64,000 nt of DNA from Eubacteriales bacterium (GCA_045632305.1 JAZQWL010000020.1:677-64676); one strand, 5' to 3'; positions 29,735 through 39,446 are shown, counted from the first letter of the stretch. Numbers and translations: made by a program. Notes: generated from the letters alone by a model not told the origin.

Positions 29735-31027
29735 CTATTTTATCAGCTTACCGTCATAAAGGTCTCCGCCGGACACGATAATAAGCTCGCCTCCCGAAAG
29801 ATAAGGAAACTGTTGCTCCTCCTCTGCGGGATCTCCGTCCTTTACGATAACGTAGCCCGTGCCGTAGCTTATAATTTCAATGCGTCTGAATTTCACGTAG
29901 TTTCCGCTCATTACGTAAACTCCCGTGTGATCCGTGTATCCGTCCCGATCAAAATCGAGCGAATGTATCGCCTCCTCGGGAACTCTGAGTCCGTGAACGG
30001 AGCTTCTGAGTATCTTTATGCTCGTATATCTTGAAAGCTCAAAGCTCTTGCCGATCTCACTACTCGATAAAACCGCAAACCCCGATTCGCCATTCTCCGA
30101 TATTTCAATTTTCTCGACCGTCATGGGAATAGAATCATTACCGATCTCCGAAAGATAAACGTCGCAGCTCGAGCCCACGCTGAACGAAGGAATCTCCGCC
30201 CGACTTACGGGTACTGCAAGATACCATTTCGAGCCGTAAACCTTCTTTGCCACAGCTCCGTCAAGTCCCGCCTTCACGGGCTCGGCGGTCTTCTCCCTGA
30301 ACTGCTCCGCAGTCATGGTCATCACGTCGGCGTAATTAAAAGCCGATTCATAACCGTCCACTCCAAATGATACGTAACAGGAACGATCGGCTTTGACAGC
30401 TCTGCCTCCGCCCGATGCGTATTTTTCGATAAGTGCTCTCTTCTGCTCCGAAATCGCGTCTGCGGAATTCTTAATAGAATCAAGCTTACCTGTGATCATC
30501 TGCTGCTTGCCGAGAAGATCAAGCATTTTGTCGGCGTCGGTATCCGCCATCGGATAATTGCCCGATGCGACCGAGGAAATATACGAGTAGTAGGACGCGT
30601 CAAGCGATGCCTTCACTCCCGATATATCCTGTATCCTGTATCCGCCGTCAAGCCCGTCCTTGAGCATTTGTATCTTTCCCGAAAGCTCGGAAATTTCACC
30701 TTGAACAGCCCGAAGCTCGCTCATATCTGAAATATTGGTCTTATAAAGCGTCATATATTCCTTGCCGACAGGAATTTTTTCTCCGTCACTGACAAGAAAA
30801 TCGGCGATCTCACCGTCGCCTGCGGTAATGATCTCCTCGTCTCTGTAAACGTACCCACCGAACGACCAGAAGCTTTTGTCGGTCACCGACTGAGTATTTA
30901 TCACCGAGATTGACGAGCTTGTTTTACCGAAGATCTGTACTGCAAAGTAAATGATCAGGATCAAAAGAAGGACCGTGGTTATAATGCCAAGACGTCGCTT
31001 GTGCTTAAATCGTCTGCTCTCCCCCAT
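29735..31027 (-). CDS. Bitopic membrane protein with HlyD/membrane-fusion-adaptor-like architecture
   Basis: Basic N-terminus and one TM helix, V-x-DGEK barrel-sandwich-like segment, coiled coil, DGYE, GLRVP; GGAGG RBS before ATG 31027. Confidence 0.65.
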   Translation of the reverse strand: MGESRRFKHKRRLGIITTVLLLILIIYFAVQIFGKTSSSISVINTQSVTDKSFWSFGGYVYRDEEIITAGDGEIADFLVSDGEKIPVGKEYMTLYKTNISDMSELRAVQGEISELSGKIQMLKDGLDGGYRIQDISGVKASLDASYYSYISSVASGNYPMADTDADKMLDLLGKQQMITGKLDSIKNSADAISEQKRALIEKYASGGGRAVKADRSCYVSFGVDGYESAFNYADVMTMTAEQFREKTAEPVKAGLDGAVAKKVYGSKWYLAVPVSRAEIPSFSVGSSCDVYLSEIGNDSIPMTVEKIEISENGESGFAVLSSSEIGKSFELSRYTSIKILRSSVHGLRVPEEAIHSLDFDRDGYTDHTGVYVMSGNYVKFRRIEIISYGTGYVIVKDGDPAEEEQQFPYLSGGELIIVSGGDLYDGKLIK

Positions 31028-31088
31028 TTTTACCTCCGCAAAATTACACTCCGCATTTTTGTACAAATTATATTATAACACATATTTA

Positions 31089-32042
31089 TTAATTAATAAA
31101 GTATTTTTGCGAAATGTTTACAATCTCTTCAAATGTTTTCATGCCGTTTTCGTCATTCATAAGGATTTTTTGACAATACGGCTTTTGCGAGAACCACGTA
31201 TTCTGCCTTTTTGCGTATTTTCTGGTCGCGGTCTTGAGCTTGTCGATGCAGCTCTCAAGTGTGTCACGCCCCTCAATATACGGCAAAAGCTCCTTGTAGC
31301 CAATCGCCTGAGCCGCCGTTGCGCTAACCTTGAAAACTCCCGCGTCGTAAAGCCGCCTCGTCTCCTCGACAAGTCCCATATCGATCATCATATCAACGCG
31401 ACGCTCGATCCGTCCGTAAAGTATCTCGCGATTGGTGTAAAACGGATAAATTATACATGACTCGTATCTGTCCGAAAATTCAGAATTATCTTTATCTACG
31501 TCACTCTTTTTTCTGCCCGTCGCCTTTATGATCTCAAGCGCGCGGATAACTCTTTTTACGTTGTTTTTGTGGATCGCTTCTGCACTTTCGGGGTCAAGCT
31601 CCGCGAGCATTTGGTGTAGCTTGTCAATACCGCCCTCGGTCAAAGAAAGCTCGGTCAACTCCTTGCGATAGGCGGGATCGCTCGCCGCCTCGTCGCTGTT
31701 GCCGCCGCGCAAAAATCTGTCAAGATAAAGTCCCGTTCCACCGCAAAAGATCGGCTTTTTGCCGCGGGAAACAATGTCCGCAACCACCGTCTCGGCGTCC
31801 TTGACGTAATCCGCGCAGGAATACGCGACCTCGGGAGGCAAAAAGTCGGTCATGTGATGAGGCACGGCTGCTCGTTCTTCAGCCGTCGGCTTGGCAGTGC
31901 CTATATCCATGTCCTTATAAATCTGCATCGAATCACAGCAGATTATTTCACCGTCAATACGTTTTGCAAGCTCAATAGCTAAAGCAGTCTTTCCGCTTGC
32001 CGTCGCGCCTACAACACCGTAGATTTTTATTTTTTCACTCAT
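31089..32042 (-). CDS. miaA: tRNA dimethylallyltransferase
   Basis: GATASGKT, DSMQIY, GTAKP, GGTGLY, TRKYAKRQ. Confidence 0.96.
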   Translation of the reverse strand: MSEKIKIYGVVGATASGKTALAIELAKRIDGEIICCDSMQIYKDMDIGTAKPTAEERAAVPHHMTDFLPPEVAYSCADYVKDAETVVADIVSRGKKPIFCGGTGLYLDRFLRGGNSDEAASDPAYRKELTELSLTEGGIDKLHQMLAELDPESAEAIHKNNVKRVIRALEIIKATGRKKSDVDKDNSEFSDRYESCIIYPFYTNREILYGRIERRVDMMIDMGLVEETRRLYDAGVFKVSATAAQAIGYKELLPYIEGRDTLESCIDKLKTATRKYAKRQNTWFSQKPYCQKILMNDENGMKTFEEIVNISQKYFIN

Positions 32043-32077
32043 ATTTCACCATTTTTTGTGTTTACCTTAACCGTTTT

Positions 32078-32197
32078 GCTGATTAGGAGAAATTGTTCAA
32101 GACAAGGCGCACCGCAAAAAGCAAGGCGCAGGCGTAGTTTCCTACGTCAAGCCGCTTTCGAGGAGCAACGCAGTATTGGACGATTTATACAATCAGC
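32078..32197. mobile_element. Putative 120-bp MITE/REP-like element overlapping the queA 3' end
   Basis: Imperfect ~25-bp terminal inverted repeats GCTGATT-x-AAAT(T/C)GT(T/C)CAA(G/T)AC; central hairpin cgtag-tttc-ctacg. Confidence 0.5.
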
Positions 32198-33267
32198 ATC
32201 GCGTCACCGAAGGAGAAGAAACGATATTCTTCGTTGACCGCCGTATGATATGCTTCCATAACCTTGTCCTGATTATAAAAAGCCGAAACAAGCATAATAA
32301 GTGTACTTTCGGGCAGGTGGAAGTTGGTAATAAGCGCATCGACCGCCTTGAACTTATAGCCGGGATAAATGAAAATTCCCGTATCTCCGCTCATCGCACG
32401 AACGACACCGTCGGGCGTTGAAACGCTCTCGATAGTACGGCATGAAGTGGTACCGACACAAACTATGCGACCGCCCGCCGCCTTTGCCTCATTGATGATC
32501 TTAGCGCTCTCCTCGGAAACCGAAATGTACTCCGTGTGCATTACGTGAGCGTCAATTCTGTCCTCCTTTACGGGACGGAAGGTGCCAAGTCCCACGTGAA
32601 GCATAACGGGCGCGATCTTTATTCCCTTTTCTTTGATCTTTTCAAGAAGCTCGGGTGTAAAATGCAAGCCCGCGGTAGGAGCCGCAGCGCTTCCCTCGGT
32701 CTTTGCATAAACCGTCTGATAACGGCTGTTATCCGCAAGTCGCTCCGTAATGTACGGGGGGAGCGGCATAAGGCCGATCACGTTGAGGATGTTGTAAATG
32801 TTCTCGTATTTTTCTCTGTCATAATCGAATTTTATGTATCTGTTGCCCTCTTCGGTTATCTCGGTCACCTCGCCGAGAAGAAGTCCGTCGCCAAAGACGA
32901 GCTTCATGCCAACCTTTGCGCGTTTACCGGGCTTTACAAGACATTCCCACGTGTCAAGCTCCTTCTGACGAAGAAGGAGAAGCTCGATATTCGCTTCCTC
33001 TCTGCCTTCAACGTGTCCGTAGATTCTTGCGGGAATAACCTTCGAGTTATTGATCACAAGCACGTCGCCCTCGCGAAGATAGTCTATAACGTCATAAAAA
33101 TGCTTGTGGTCAATACTTCCCGCCGCTCTGTCAAGCACCATAAGACGGCTTGAATCTCTCTTTTCTGCGGGATGCTGTGCGATAAGTCGCTCAGGCAGAT
33201 CGTAATAAAAATCCGAGCGCAAAAGGTCGGTCGGAGCTTTTTCATTGATAATTACTTTGTTTTCCAT
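32185..33267 (-). CDS. queA: S-adenosylmethionine:tRNA ribosyltransferase-isomerase
   Basis: [50 protein letters not shown]. Confidence 0.97.
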   Translation of the reverse strand: MENKVIINEKAPTDLLRSDFYYDLPERLIAQHPAEKRDSSRLMVLDRAAGSIDHKHFYDVIDYLREGDVLVINNSKVIPARIYGHVEGREEANIELLLLRQKELDTWECLVKPGKRAKVGMKLVFGDGLLLGEVTEITEEGNRYIKFDYDREKYENIYNILNVIGLMPLPPYITERLADNSRYQTVYAKTEGSAAAPTAGLHFTPELLEKIKEKGIKIAPVMLHVGLGTFRPVKEDRIDAHVMHTEYISVSEESAKIINEAKAAGGRIVCVGTTSCRTIESVSTPDGVVRAMSGDTGIFIYPGYKFKAVDALITNFHLPESTLIMLVSAFYNQDKVMEAYHTAVNEEYRFFSFGDAMLIV

Positions 33268-33330
33268 GTTTTCTCTCTGTTTCTGAATTTATTTTCCGAA
33301 AATCCTTATTTGACAAAATCTCACAAGCCC

Positions 33331-33359
33331 TTGACAACCCTAAAAAATTGTGATATTAT
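33331..33359 (+). promoter_or_regulatory. SigA promoter for the lysine-riboswitch/dapAB transcript
   Basis: TTGACA-17bp-TATTAT with extended TG. Confidence 0.7.
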
Positions 33360-33389
33360 AGTTACACAGTAATTTTGCATATACTGTTT

Positions 33390-33553
33390 GATAGAGGTGC
33401 GTATCACAACCCGCCGCGTTCAAGGCCGCCGAGGCCGCATGAGATCGCTTTCGGAGTGTGGAACGCCGAGGTGTAGTCCGTTTCGGCGCGGACTATGTCG
33501 GTTGTAAGGTTCAGAGCCCTATAACTGTCATCTTTTTAGATGGAGCGCTATCT
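33390..33553 (+). ncRNA. Lysine riboswitch (L-box)
   Basis: GATAGAGGTGC...GCCGA...ACTGTCA...TGGAGCGCTATC core, L2/L3 complementarity (GCCGA/TCGGC), upstream of dapA; downstream terminator at 33620-33642. Confidence 0.85.
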
Positions 33554-33619
33554 ATTTGTTTATTATAGCACATTTGAATGTTTTTTTCAAGTACCATATA
33601 ATAAAAACAAATAGGATTT

Positions 33620-33642
33620 CCGGCGCTTTAGCCGGTTTTTTT
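33620..33642 (+). terminator. Riboswitch expression-platform terminator
   Basis: ccggc-gcttta-gccgg followed by T7. Confidence 0.65.
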
Positions 33643-33674
33643 ATTTATTTTTTCTCAATTGGAGGAGCTTAATT

Positions 33675-34571
33675 ATGAGCAAGCTTAAAAAGAGCATTTT
33701 TACAGGCGCGGCAACGGCAATCGTTACCCCCTTCAAAAACAATGAGGTTGACTATGAAGCTTTCGGAAAGCTTATTGAATTTCAGATAAACGGCGGCATC
33801 GATGCGCTAGTTATCGCAGGCACTACGGGTGAAGGCAGCACTCTCACACACGAGGAACACTGCCGAGTTATTTCATACGCGGTCGAAAAGATTGACGGAC
33901 GCGTTCCCGTGATCGCGGGCACGGGCTCTAACGATACCGCTTACGGAATCGAGCTTTCAAAATTCGCCTGCGACGCGGGAGCTGACGCCCTTCTCGTCGT
34001 GACGCCCTACTACAACAAGGCGACTCCCAAGGGACTTATCAAGAATTTTATGCAGACGGCTGACGCTGTTGATAAGCCCATTATTCTCTATAACGTGCCC
34101 TCAAGAACGGGCTGTAGTATCACAATGCCCGTTTACCGCGAGCTTGCAAAGCACGAAAACATAGTTGCGACCAAGGAGGCGTCGGGTAACCTCTCCCTTA
34201 TCGCTCAGATAGCCGATGAATGTGGCGACGCGCTCGACATTTATTCGGGCAACGACGATCAGGTGCTCCCCATCCTCTCTCTTGGAGGTAAAGGCGTTAT
34301 TTCGGTATTTTCAAACATACTTCCCCGTCAGATGCACGACCTCTGTCAGAGCTTCTTTGACGGCGACCTTGCGACCTCAAAAAAGCTCCAGCTCGATTAC
34401 TTAAAGCTTATAAATTCCCTCTTCATCGAGGTCAATCCCATACCTGTGAAGACCGCCTGCGGTCTTATGGGACTTTGCTCCGAGGAGATGCGTCTCCCCC
34501 TCTGTGAAATGGACGAGATAAACCGCGATAAGCTCATTTCCGTGATGAAGGAATATTCCCTTATAAAATAA
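33675..34571 (+). CDS. dapA: 4-hydroxy-tetrahydrodipicolinate synthase
   Basis: GTTGE, PYYNK, YNVPSRTG, KEASG, NPIPVK. Confidence 0.96.
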   Translation: MSKLKKSIFTGAATAIVTPFKNNEVDYEAFGKLIEFQINGGIDALVIAGTTGEGSTLTHEEHCRVISYAVEKIDGRVPVIAGTGSNDTAYGIELSKFACDAGADALLVVTPYYNKATPKGLIKNFMQTADAVDKPIILYNVPSRTGCSITMPVYRELAKHENIVATKEASGNLSLIAQIADECGDALDIYSGNDDQVLPILSLGGKGVISVFSNILPRQMHDLCQSFFDGDLATSKKLQLDYLKLINSLFIEVNPIPVKTACGLMGLCSEEMRLPLCEMDEINRDKLISVMKEYSLIK

Positions 34572-34601
34572 GACAAAACCTTAAATGAAAGGACTTTGAA
34601 A

Positions 34602-35357
34602 ATGATTAAAATTTTGCTCTCCGGATGCTTTGGCAGAATGGGTAGCGCGGTGATCTCCGCCGCGTGCGAAAACGGTAAGATCGAGATAATTTCGGGAGTT
34701 GATATAACCGAAGGCGAAAGCTCATTTCCCGTGTATAAAAGCATTTTTGACAACGCGGAGGTGCCCGACGTAATTATAGATTTTTCGCATCACTCTGCCC
34801 TTCCCGGTATCTTGAACTATGCCGTAAAAAACAACGTTCCCGTAGTTATCGCGACCACGGGACACAACACGGAAGAAACAAAGCTTATGGAGGATGCATC
34901 CGAGCGGATACCCGTATTTTTCTCGAGAAATATGTCTATCGGCGTGAATTTGCTTATTGCTCTCTCGCGCAAGGCGTCCGAATTTTTGGGGCTCGATTAT
35001 GACGTCGAGATCATTGAAAAGCACCACAGAAACAAGCTCGACGCGCCCTCGGGAACCGCTCTTATGATCGCGGACGCAATAGCCGAGACTCGCGATGACA
35101 CAAGCTACGTGTACGACAGACACGACCGTCGCGAAAAGCGTTCAAGCGAGGAGATCGGAATCCATGCAGTACGAGGCGGATCGATCATCGGCGAGCATGA
35201 GGTGATCTTTGCGGGAAAGGACGAGGTGATCACCATCTCGCATTCCGCGGCATCCCGTTCTCTCTTTGCCGCAGGCGCTATCAAAGCCGCCGAGTTCATT
35301 ATCGGTAAAGAACCGAATTTGTATAGCATGGATGATTTGTTGAACGAGATAATTTAA
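34602..35357 (+). CDS. dapB: 4-hydroxy-tetrahydrodipicolinate reductase
   Basis: G-x-x-GRMG, DFS, ATTG, EKHHRNKLDAPSGTA. Confidence 0.96.
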   Translation: MIKILLSGCFGRMGSAVISAACENGKIEIISGVDITEGESSFPVYKSIFDNAEVPDVIIDFSHHSALPGILNYAVKNNVPVVIATTGHNTEETKLMEDASERIPVFFSRNMSIGVNLLIALSRKASEFLGLDYDVEIIEKHHRNKLDAPSGTALMIADAIAETRDDTSYVYDRHDRREKRSSEEIGIHAVRGGSIIGEHEVIFAGKDEVITISHSAASRSLFAAGAIKAAEFIIGKEPNLYSMDDLLNEII

Positions 35358-35361
35358 TTTC

Positions 35362-35391
35362 AACACGGCGGGGGATTCCCGCCGTGTTTTT
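35362..35391 (+). terminator. Terminator after dapB
   Basis: aacacggcggg-ggatt-cccgccgtgtt plus T run. Confidence 0.8.
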
Positions 35392-35418
35392 GGCCAAATG
35401 AAAATTTTCAAAATCCTC

Positions 35419-35447
35419 TTGACTAATCAAAAATTGTGTGATATAAT
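35419..35447 (+). promoter_or_regulatory. SigA promoter of tRNA-Leu
   Basis: TTGACT-17bp-TATAAT. Confidence 0.75.
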
Positions 35448-35472
35448 CATTAAGTCGCAAAAATGCGATGAT

Positions 35473-35559
35473 GCCGGAATGATGGAATTGGCAGACGTGC
35501 CGGACTCAAAATCCGGTGGTAGCGATACCGTGCGGGTTCGACCCCCGCTTCCGGCACCA
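35473..35559 (+). tRNA. tRNA-Leu (CAA)
   Basis: 87 nt; acceptor stem GCCGGAA/TTCCGGC, anticodon arm CCGGA-CTCAAAA-TCCGG, long variable arm, GGTTCGA T-loop, encoded CCA. Confidence 0.97.
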
Positions 35560-35800
35560 AAACAAAAAAGGAACACCTCTCGGTGTTCCTTTTTTGTTTT
35601 GCGGCAGCGATGGGGATAACCCGCAGAAAACCCAACCGTCGGCGTTAGACGGTTGGGTTTTGTTGCGAAGAAACGAAGTTTCTTGCTTTGCGACATTTGA
35701 TGTCGCGGAAGCGACGGAGCAAAGCTCGGTTCGACCTCCCGTGTAGCCGAGAGGTGTTCCTTTTTGTTTTGCGGCAGCGATGGGGAGAGCCCGCAGAAAA
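35559..35800. repeat. Repeat/hairpin element downstream of tRNA-Leu
   Basis: ~48-bp direct repeat (35582-35630 vs 35753-35800) and ~25-bp inverted repeat (35559-35583 vs 35747-35770) enclosing several hairpins. Confidence 0.75.
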
Positions 35801-35808
35801 ATCAATTT

Positions 35809-35850
35809 TGCGAATAAAAAGGTGGGCATCTGCCCACCTTTTTATTCGCA
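35809..35850 (-). terminator. Long hairpin overlapping the pfkA stop
   Basis: tgcgaataaaaaggtgggca-tc-tgcccacctttttattcgca. Confidence 0.75.
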
Positions 35851-36918
35851 TATCTCGTATGAAAGATTATACAATCTCTCAATCTTCGCTCGTCTATTGT
35901 TACAAATAACCTTCATTTCCTCGATCTGCTCCGCACTGAAGCTATCAAGCTCGCCTTCCTCGAGAAGTCCCTTATACATGTGGTCAAGCACCAACGCGTA
36001 ATTAATATCGATCGCGCCGATCTTACCGTTCTGGAAACCGATAACGACGTTACTCTGACCGTCGAGCAAGCAATTTACCGCTCTCGCGCCCATCTGGGTT
36101 GCAGAAAATCTGTCGCGCAAGGAGGGTGAACCGCCACGAACAACGTGTCCAAGGCGGGCAAATCTCGTATCAATTCCCGTCTTTGCCTTTACCTTTTCAA
36201 CAAATTCCTCACTGTAATCCTCGCCGTTCTTCTTCGCAACGCCTTCACTGAATACGCAAATAAGTCCGCGCTTGCCGTGATTTCTTGCGCTCTTAAGAAC
36301 AGAAACCGCATAATCCTCGTCAAAATCAATTTCGGGGATCGCAATAATAACCGCGCCCGCAGCAATACCCGCATAAAGAGCAATGTTTCCGCAATCGCGT
36401 CCCATAACCTCAACTACGTTACATCTCGCATGAGATTCACAGGTCTCGCGCAAGCTATCCACAAGAGAAACCACCGTATTCATAGCCGTGTCAAAGCCGA
36501 TAGTGTATTCAGTTGCCGTAATGTCGTTGTCGATCGTACAAGGAATACCAACCGTGGGTATTCCGTGATTCGTAAGCGCAGTAGCGCCTCTGAACGTACC
36601 GTCACCGCCAAGAGCAACGACCGCGTCGATGCCAAGCTTTTTACAATTTTCAACCGCGCGGCTCATTCCCGCCTCGGTCTGAAATTCAGGGCAACGGGAA
36701 GAATAAAGAATAGTGCCGCCGTGTGTAATGATATTCGAAACCGCATGTGTATCAAGCGGAATCACGTTTCCGTTTATAAGTCCGTTATATCCCTCGCGTA
36801 TTCCAACTACCTCGATGCCCTCCGCCATCGCCTTTCTGGCTACAGCGCGGATAGCAGCATTCATACCGGGAGCGTCACCGCCCGACGTGAGAATACCGAT
36901 CTTTTTAAATTTTGCCAT
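35842..36918 (-). CDS. pfkA: ATP-dependent 6-phosphofructokinase
   Basis: TSGGDAPGMNA, GGDGT (ATP-type), TIDND, EVMGR; start at MAKFKK. Confidence 0.93.
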   Translation of the reverse strand: MAKFKKIGILTSGGDAPGMNAAIRAVARKAMAEGIEVVGIREGYNGLINGNVIPLDTHAVSNIITHGGTILYSSRCPEFQTEAGMSRAVENCKKLGIDAVVALGGDGTFRGATALTNHGIPTVGIPCTIDNDITATEYTIGFDTAMNTVVSLVDSLRETCESHARCNVVEVMGRDCGNIALYAGIAAGAVIIAIPEIDFDEDYAVSVLKSARNHGKRGLICVFSEGVAKKNGEDYSEEFVEKVKAKTGIDTRFARLGHVVRGGSPSLRDRFSATQMGARAVNCLLDGQSNVVIGFQNGKIGAIDINYALVLDHMYKGLLEEGELDSFSAEQIEEMKVICNNRRAKIERLYNLSYEICE

Positions 36919-37046
36919 AGTATGTGCCTCCGTTTGACGCAATTCGTCTGTTTTTGCGTCAATAAACAATAATGTATATATTCTAATACATTTTTCGAAA
37001 TAAATCAAGTAGCAAATCGAAATTTATCGAAAATATACCAACAGTC

Positions 37047-37571
37047 TTACTCCATGCCCAAAAGAGCGTCGAGCATAAAACACACCGCGAATCGGCGTAT
37101 CTGCTCCCTTGTGGCTCCCTCGTCGAATGAAAGCCGCGTGACATTCTCTCTGCAGACGTCCGACACGCAAACGAACACCGTGCCAACGGGGTTTTTTTCA
37201 TCTCCACCCGTAGGACCCGCGTAGCCCGTAACACTCACACCGAGGTCAGCTCCGAGCCGCTCTCTCGCCCCGCGCGCCATCTCACACGCAGTATATTCAC
37301 TTACCGCCGTGTGTGCTTCAAGCGTCCCTTGGGCAACTCCGAGCATTTTTTTCTTGACGTCGTTCGTATAAGATATTACGCCGCCGAGATAAACGGCAGA
37401 AGCACCCGAAATTTCAGTTACCGACGCACCGAAAAGACCGCCCGTGCAGGATTCTGCACTTGCGACGGTTTTCCCTTTGTCCGTAAAGGATAGCACCAAG
37501 CTTCTCGCCGCTCCTTCAAGGTCTGCTTTTTCGATATCTGCTAATGAAATTTTTAACTTCCGAGCTATCAT
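37047..37571 (-). CDS. CinA C-terminal/PncC nicotinamide-nucleotide amidohydrolase family protein
   Basis: AESCTGG, GAS, AVS, TGYAGPTG, PVGTV. Confidence 0.9.
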   Translation of the reverse strand: MIARKLKISLADIEKADLEGAARSLVLSFTDKGKTVASAESCTGGLFGASVTEISGASAVYLGGVISYTNDVKKKMLGVAQGTLEAHTAVSEYTACEMARGARERLGADLGVSVTGYAGPTGGDEKNPVGTVFVCVSDVCRENVTRLSFDEGATREQIRRFAVCFMLDALLGME

Positions 37572-38395
37572 TTTTCGTCCCTTTTGTCAATCGTAACCGT
37601 CATTCTGTTGTACGGAATAACTATACCTTCCTCGCCGAATTTCTGTACGATCTCTTCCATAAGATTGAACTTGAGCGTCCAGAAATCGCTTCCCTTACAC
37701 CACACTCTCAAGGTTATGCAAAGTGAGGAATCGCGAAGCTCTGTAAGTCTTATGAAGGGAGCTTTATCCGTGAGGATCTCTTCATGCGCCGCAATAACGC
37801 CGTTGATGATTCCCTTTATTTTCTCGACGTCGCTACCGTATTCAACGTTGAACTGAAGATCGAGTCGTCTTGTATCCTTAGTCGAATAGTTCACAAGAGT
37901 CGAGGTCGTAAGCGAGCTGTTGGGAATAACGATGGTCTTGTTGTCGGGAGACGTGAGCGTAGTATAGAACACGCCCATATCGGTAACGGTGCCGCTGTAA
38001 TCACCCGACTCGATATAATCATCGAGCTTGAAGGGCTTGAAAACAAGGATCATAAGTCCCGACGCGAGATTCGAAAGAGTTCCCTGAACCGCAAGCGAGA
38101 TAGCAACGCCGACGCTTCCTATCACCGCCACAATAGACGCCATGGGTACGCCCATAATAGCAACCAGAAGCACTACGAGGGAAACGTTGAGCGCGATGCC
38201 GACAAACGCAACGATAAATTTCTTCGCCATAGGATCTGCGCGATCGAGCGATTTGCTCTTTCTCATCTTTTTCAAAAGCAGCTTAATAAGAACTCTGCCT
38301 ATGATAAGAACCAATATGCTGAGTAAAATTTTCAATGCGATGTCAACACAGATATGAACGACAGAATTCCATATCGCCTGCCAATTTACTTCCAT
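37568..38395 (-). CDS. mscS: Small-conductance mechanosensitive channel
   Basis: TM3 glycine-rich SLAVQGTLSNLASG, KPFK-x-x-DYI, IPNS, NYS. Confidence 0.9.
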   Translation of the reverse strand: MEVNWQAIWNSVVHICVDIALKILLSILVLIIGRVLIKLLLKKMRKSKSLDRADPMAKKFIVAFVGIALNVSLVVLLVAIMGVPMASIVAVIGSVGVAISLAVQGTLSNLASGLMILVFKPFKLDDYIESGDYSGTVTDMGVFYTTLTSPDNKTIVIPNSSLTTSTLVNYSTKDTRRLDLQFNVEYGSDVEKIKGIINGVIAAHEEILTDKAPFIRLTELRDSSLCITLRVWCKGSDFWTLKFNLMEEIVQKFGEEGIVIPYNRMTVTIDKRDEK

Positions 38396-38547
38396 AATTT
38401 TATTCTCCTTAAATCTAAAGCTCAAATATACTGTAATTATATCACAAAGAAAAATCCGTGTAAATACAATTAAGCAAAAAAATATTGCATTTTTGTGTTT
38501 TTTAGTGTATAATAGAATTAAGTATGCAAAAGAGAGGTGGATTTTTC

Positions 38548-39426
38548 TTGAAAAAATGCAATAACTGTCCCAGAAATTGCGTCACTGACAGAATTGATTC
38601 CCTCGGATTTTGCAAAATGCCAAATGAAATTTACGTATCGAAGCACATGCTTCACAAATGGGAGGAGCCCTGCATCTGCCAAGAAAACGGCGCGGGAACG
38701 ATATTCTTCTCGGGCTGCAATCTTCGCTGCGTATTCTGTCAGAATAAAAAGATCAGCCGAGGCGTCACGGGGAAAAAATGCTCACCCGAGGAGCTTGTCG
38801 ACATAATGCGCGGACTTGCACAAGACGGAGCGTCATGCATCGAGCTTGTCACCCCCACGCATTTTACGGAAGCTCTTATCCCCGTATTGCAAAAGGCAAG
38901 ACAAGAAATTCCCCTCCCCTTCGTATGGAACTGCGGCGGATACGAGAGCGTCGATATGCTAAAGAAGCTCGAAGGCCTTATTGACATTTACATGCCCGAC
39001 ATTAAATACTTTTCACAGGAGCTGTCGCTTAAATACTCAAACGCGAGGGATTACTACAAAAAAGCAAAGCCCGCTCTGCTCGAAATGCTCCGACAGGTCG
39101 GTCGCCCCATTTTTGACGAGCGCGGAATGATGAGATCGGGCGTTATTGTGCGCCACCTCGTTCTCCCCGCGTGCCGACACGACTCGATCGCTCTTCTCAC
39201 TGATCTTGCAAACACTCTCGACTCAACAAAAGACGTAATTTTGAGTCTTATGAGCCAATACACACCCGAATTTTACGATATAGGTGACGGCGGTCACAAA
39301 AATCTTTGCCGAAAGCTGACGGACTTTGAATACTCAAGCGTTCTCTCAACAGCTCAAGCCCTCGGTTATGACGGTTATTTTCAAGGCAAGGAATCCGCCA
39401 GCGCCGCATACACACCCGAATTTTAG
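38548..39426 (+). CDS. Radical SAM protein (PflX-like)
   Basis: N-terminal CNNCPRNC, WEEP, CNLRCVFCQN, IYMPDIKY, VRHLVLP; probable TTG start after GAGGTG (ORF can extend to 38524). Confidence 0.85.
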   Translation: MKKCNNCPRNCVTDRIDSLGFCKMPNEIYVSKHMLHKWEEPCICQENGAGTIFFSGCNLRCVFCQNKKISRGVTGKKCSPEELVDIMRGLAQDGASCIELVTPTHFTEALIPVLQKARQEIPLPFVWNCGGYESVDMLKKLEGLIDIYMPDIKYFSQELSLKYSNARDYYKKAKPALLEMLRQVGRPIFDERGMMRSGVIVRHLVLPACRHDSIALLTDLANTLDSTKDVILSLMSQYTPEFYDIGDGGHKNLCRKLTDFEYSSVLSTAQALGYDGYFQGKESASAAYTPEF

Positions 39427-39446
39427 CATCCAAAAGGAGTAAATAT

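Noticed and set aside
35559-35800. Possible prophage/ICE attachment site at tRNA-Leu
   Set aside because: No integrase and no duplicated tRNA 3' end in the window
35398-36001. Cluster of short ORFs around the tRNA
   Set aside because: They overlap the tRNA and repeat/hairpin DNA; no coding signals
35842-36918. PPi-dependent phosphofructokinase
   Set aside because: Has GGDG and lacks the PKTIDND lysine, consistent with the ATP-dependent type
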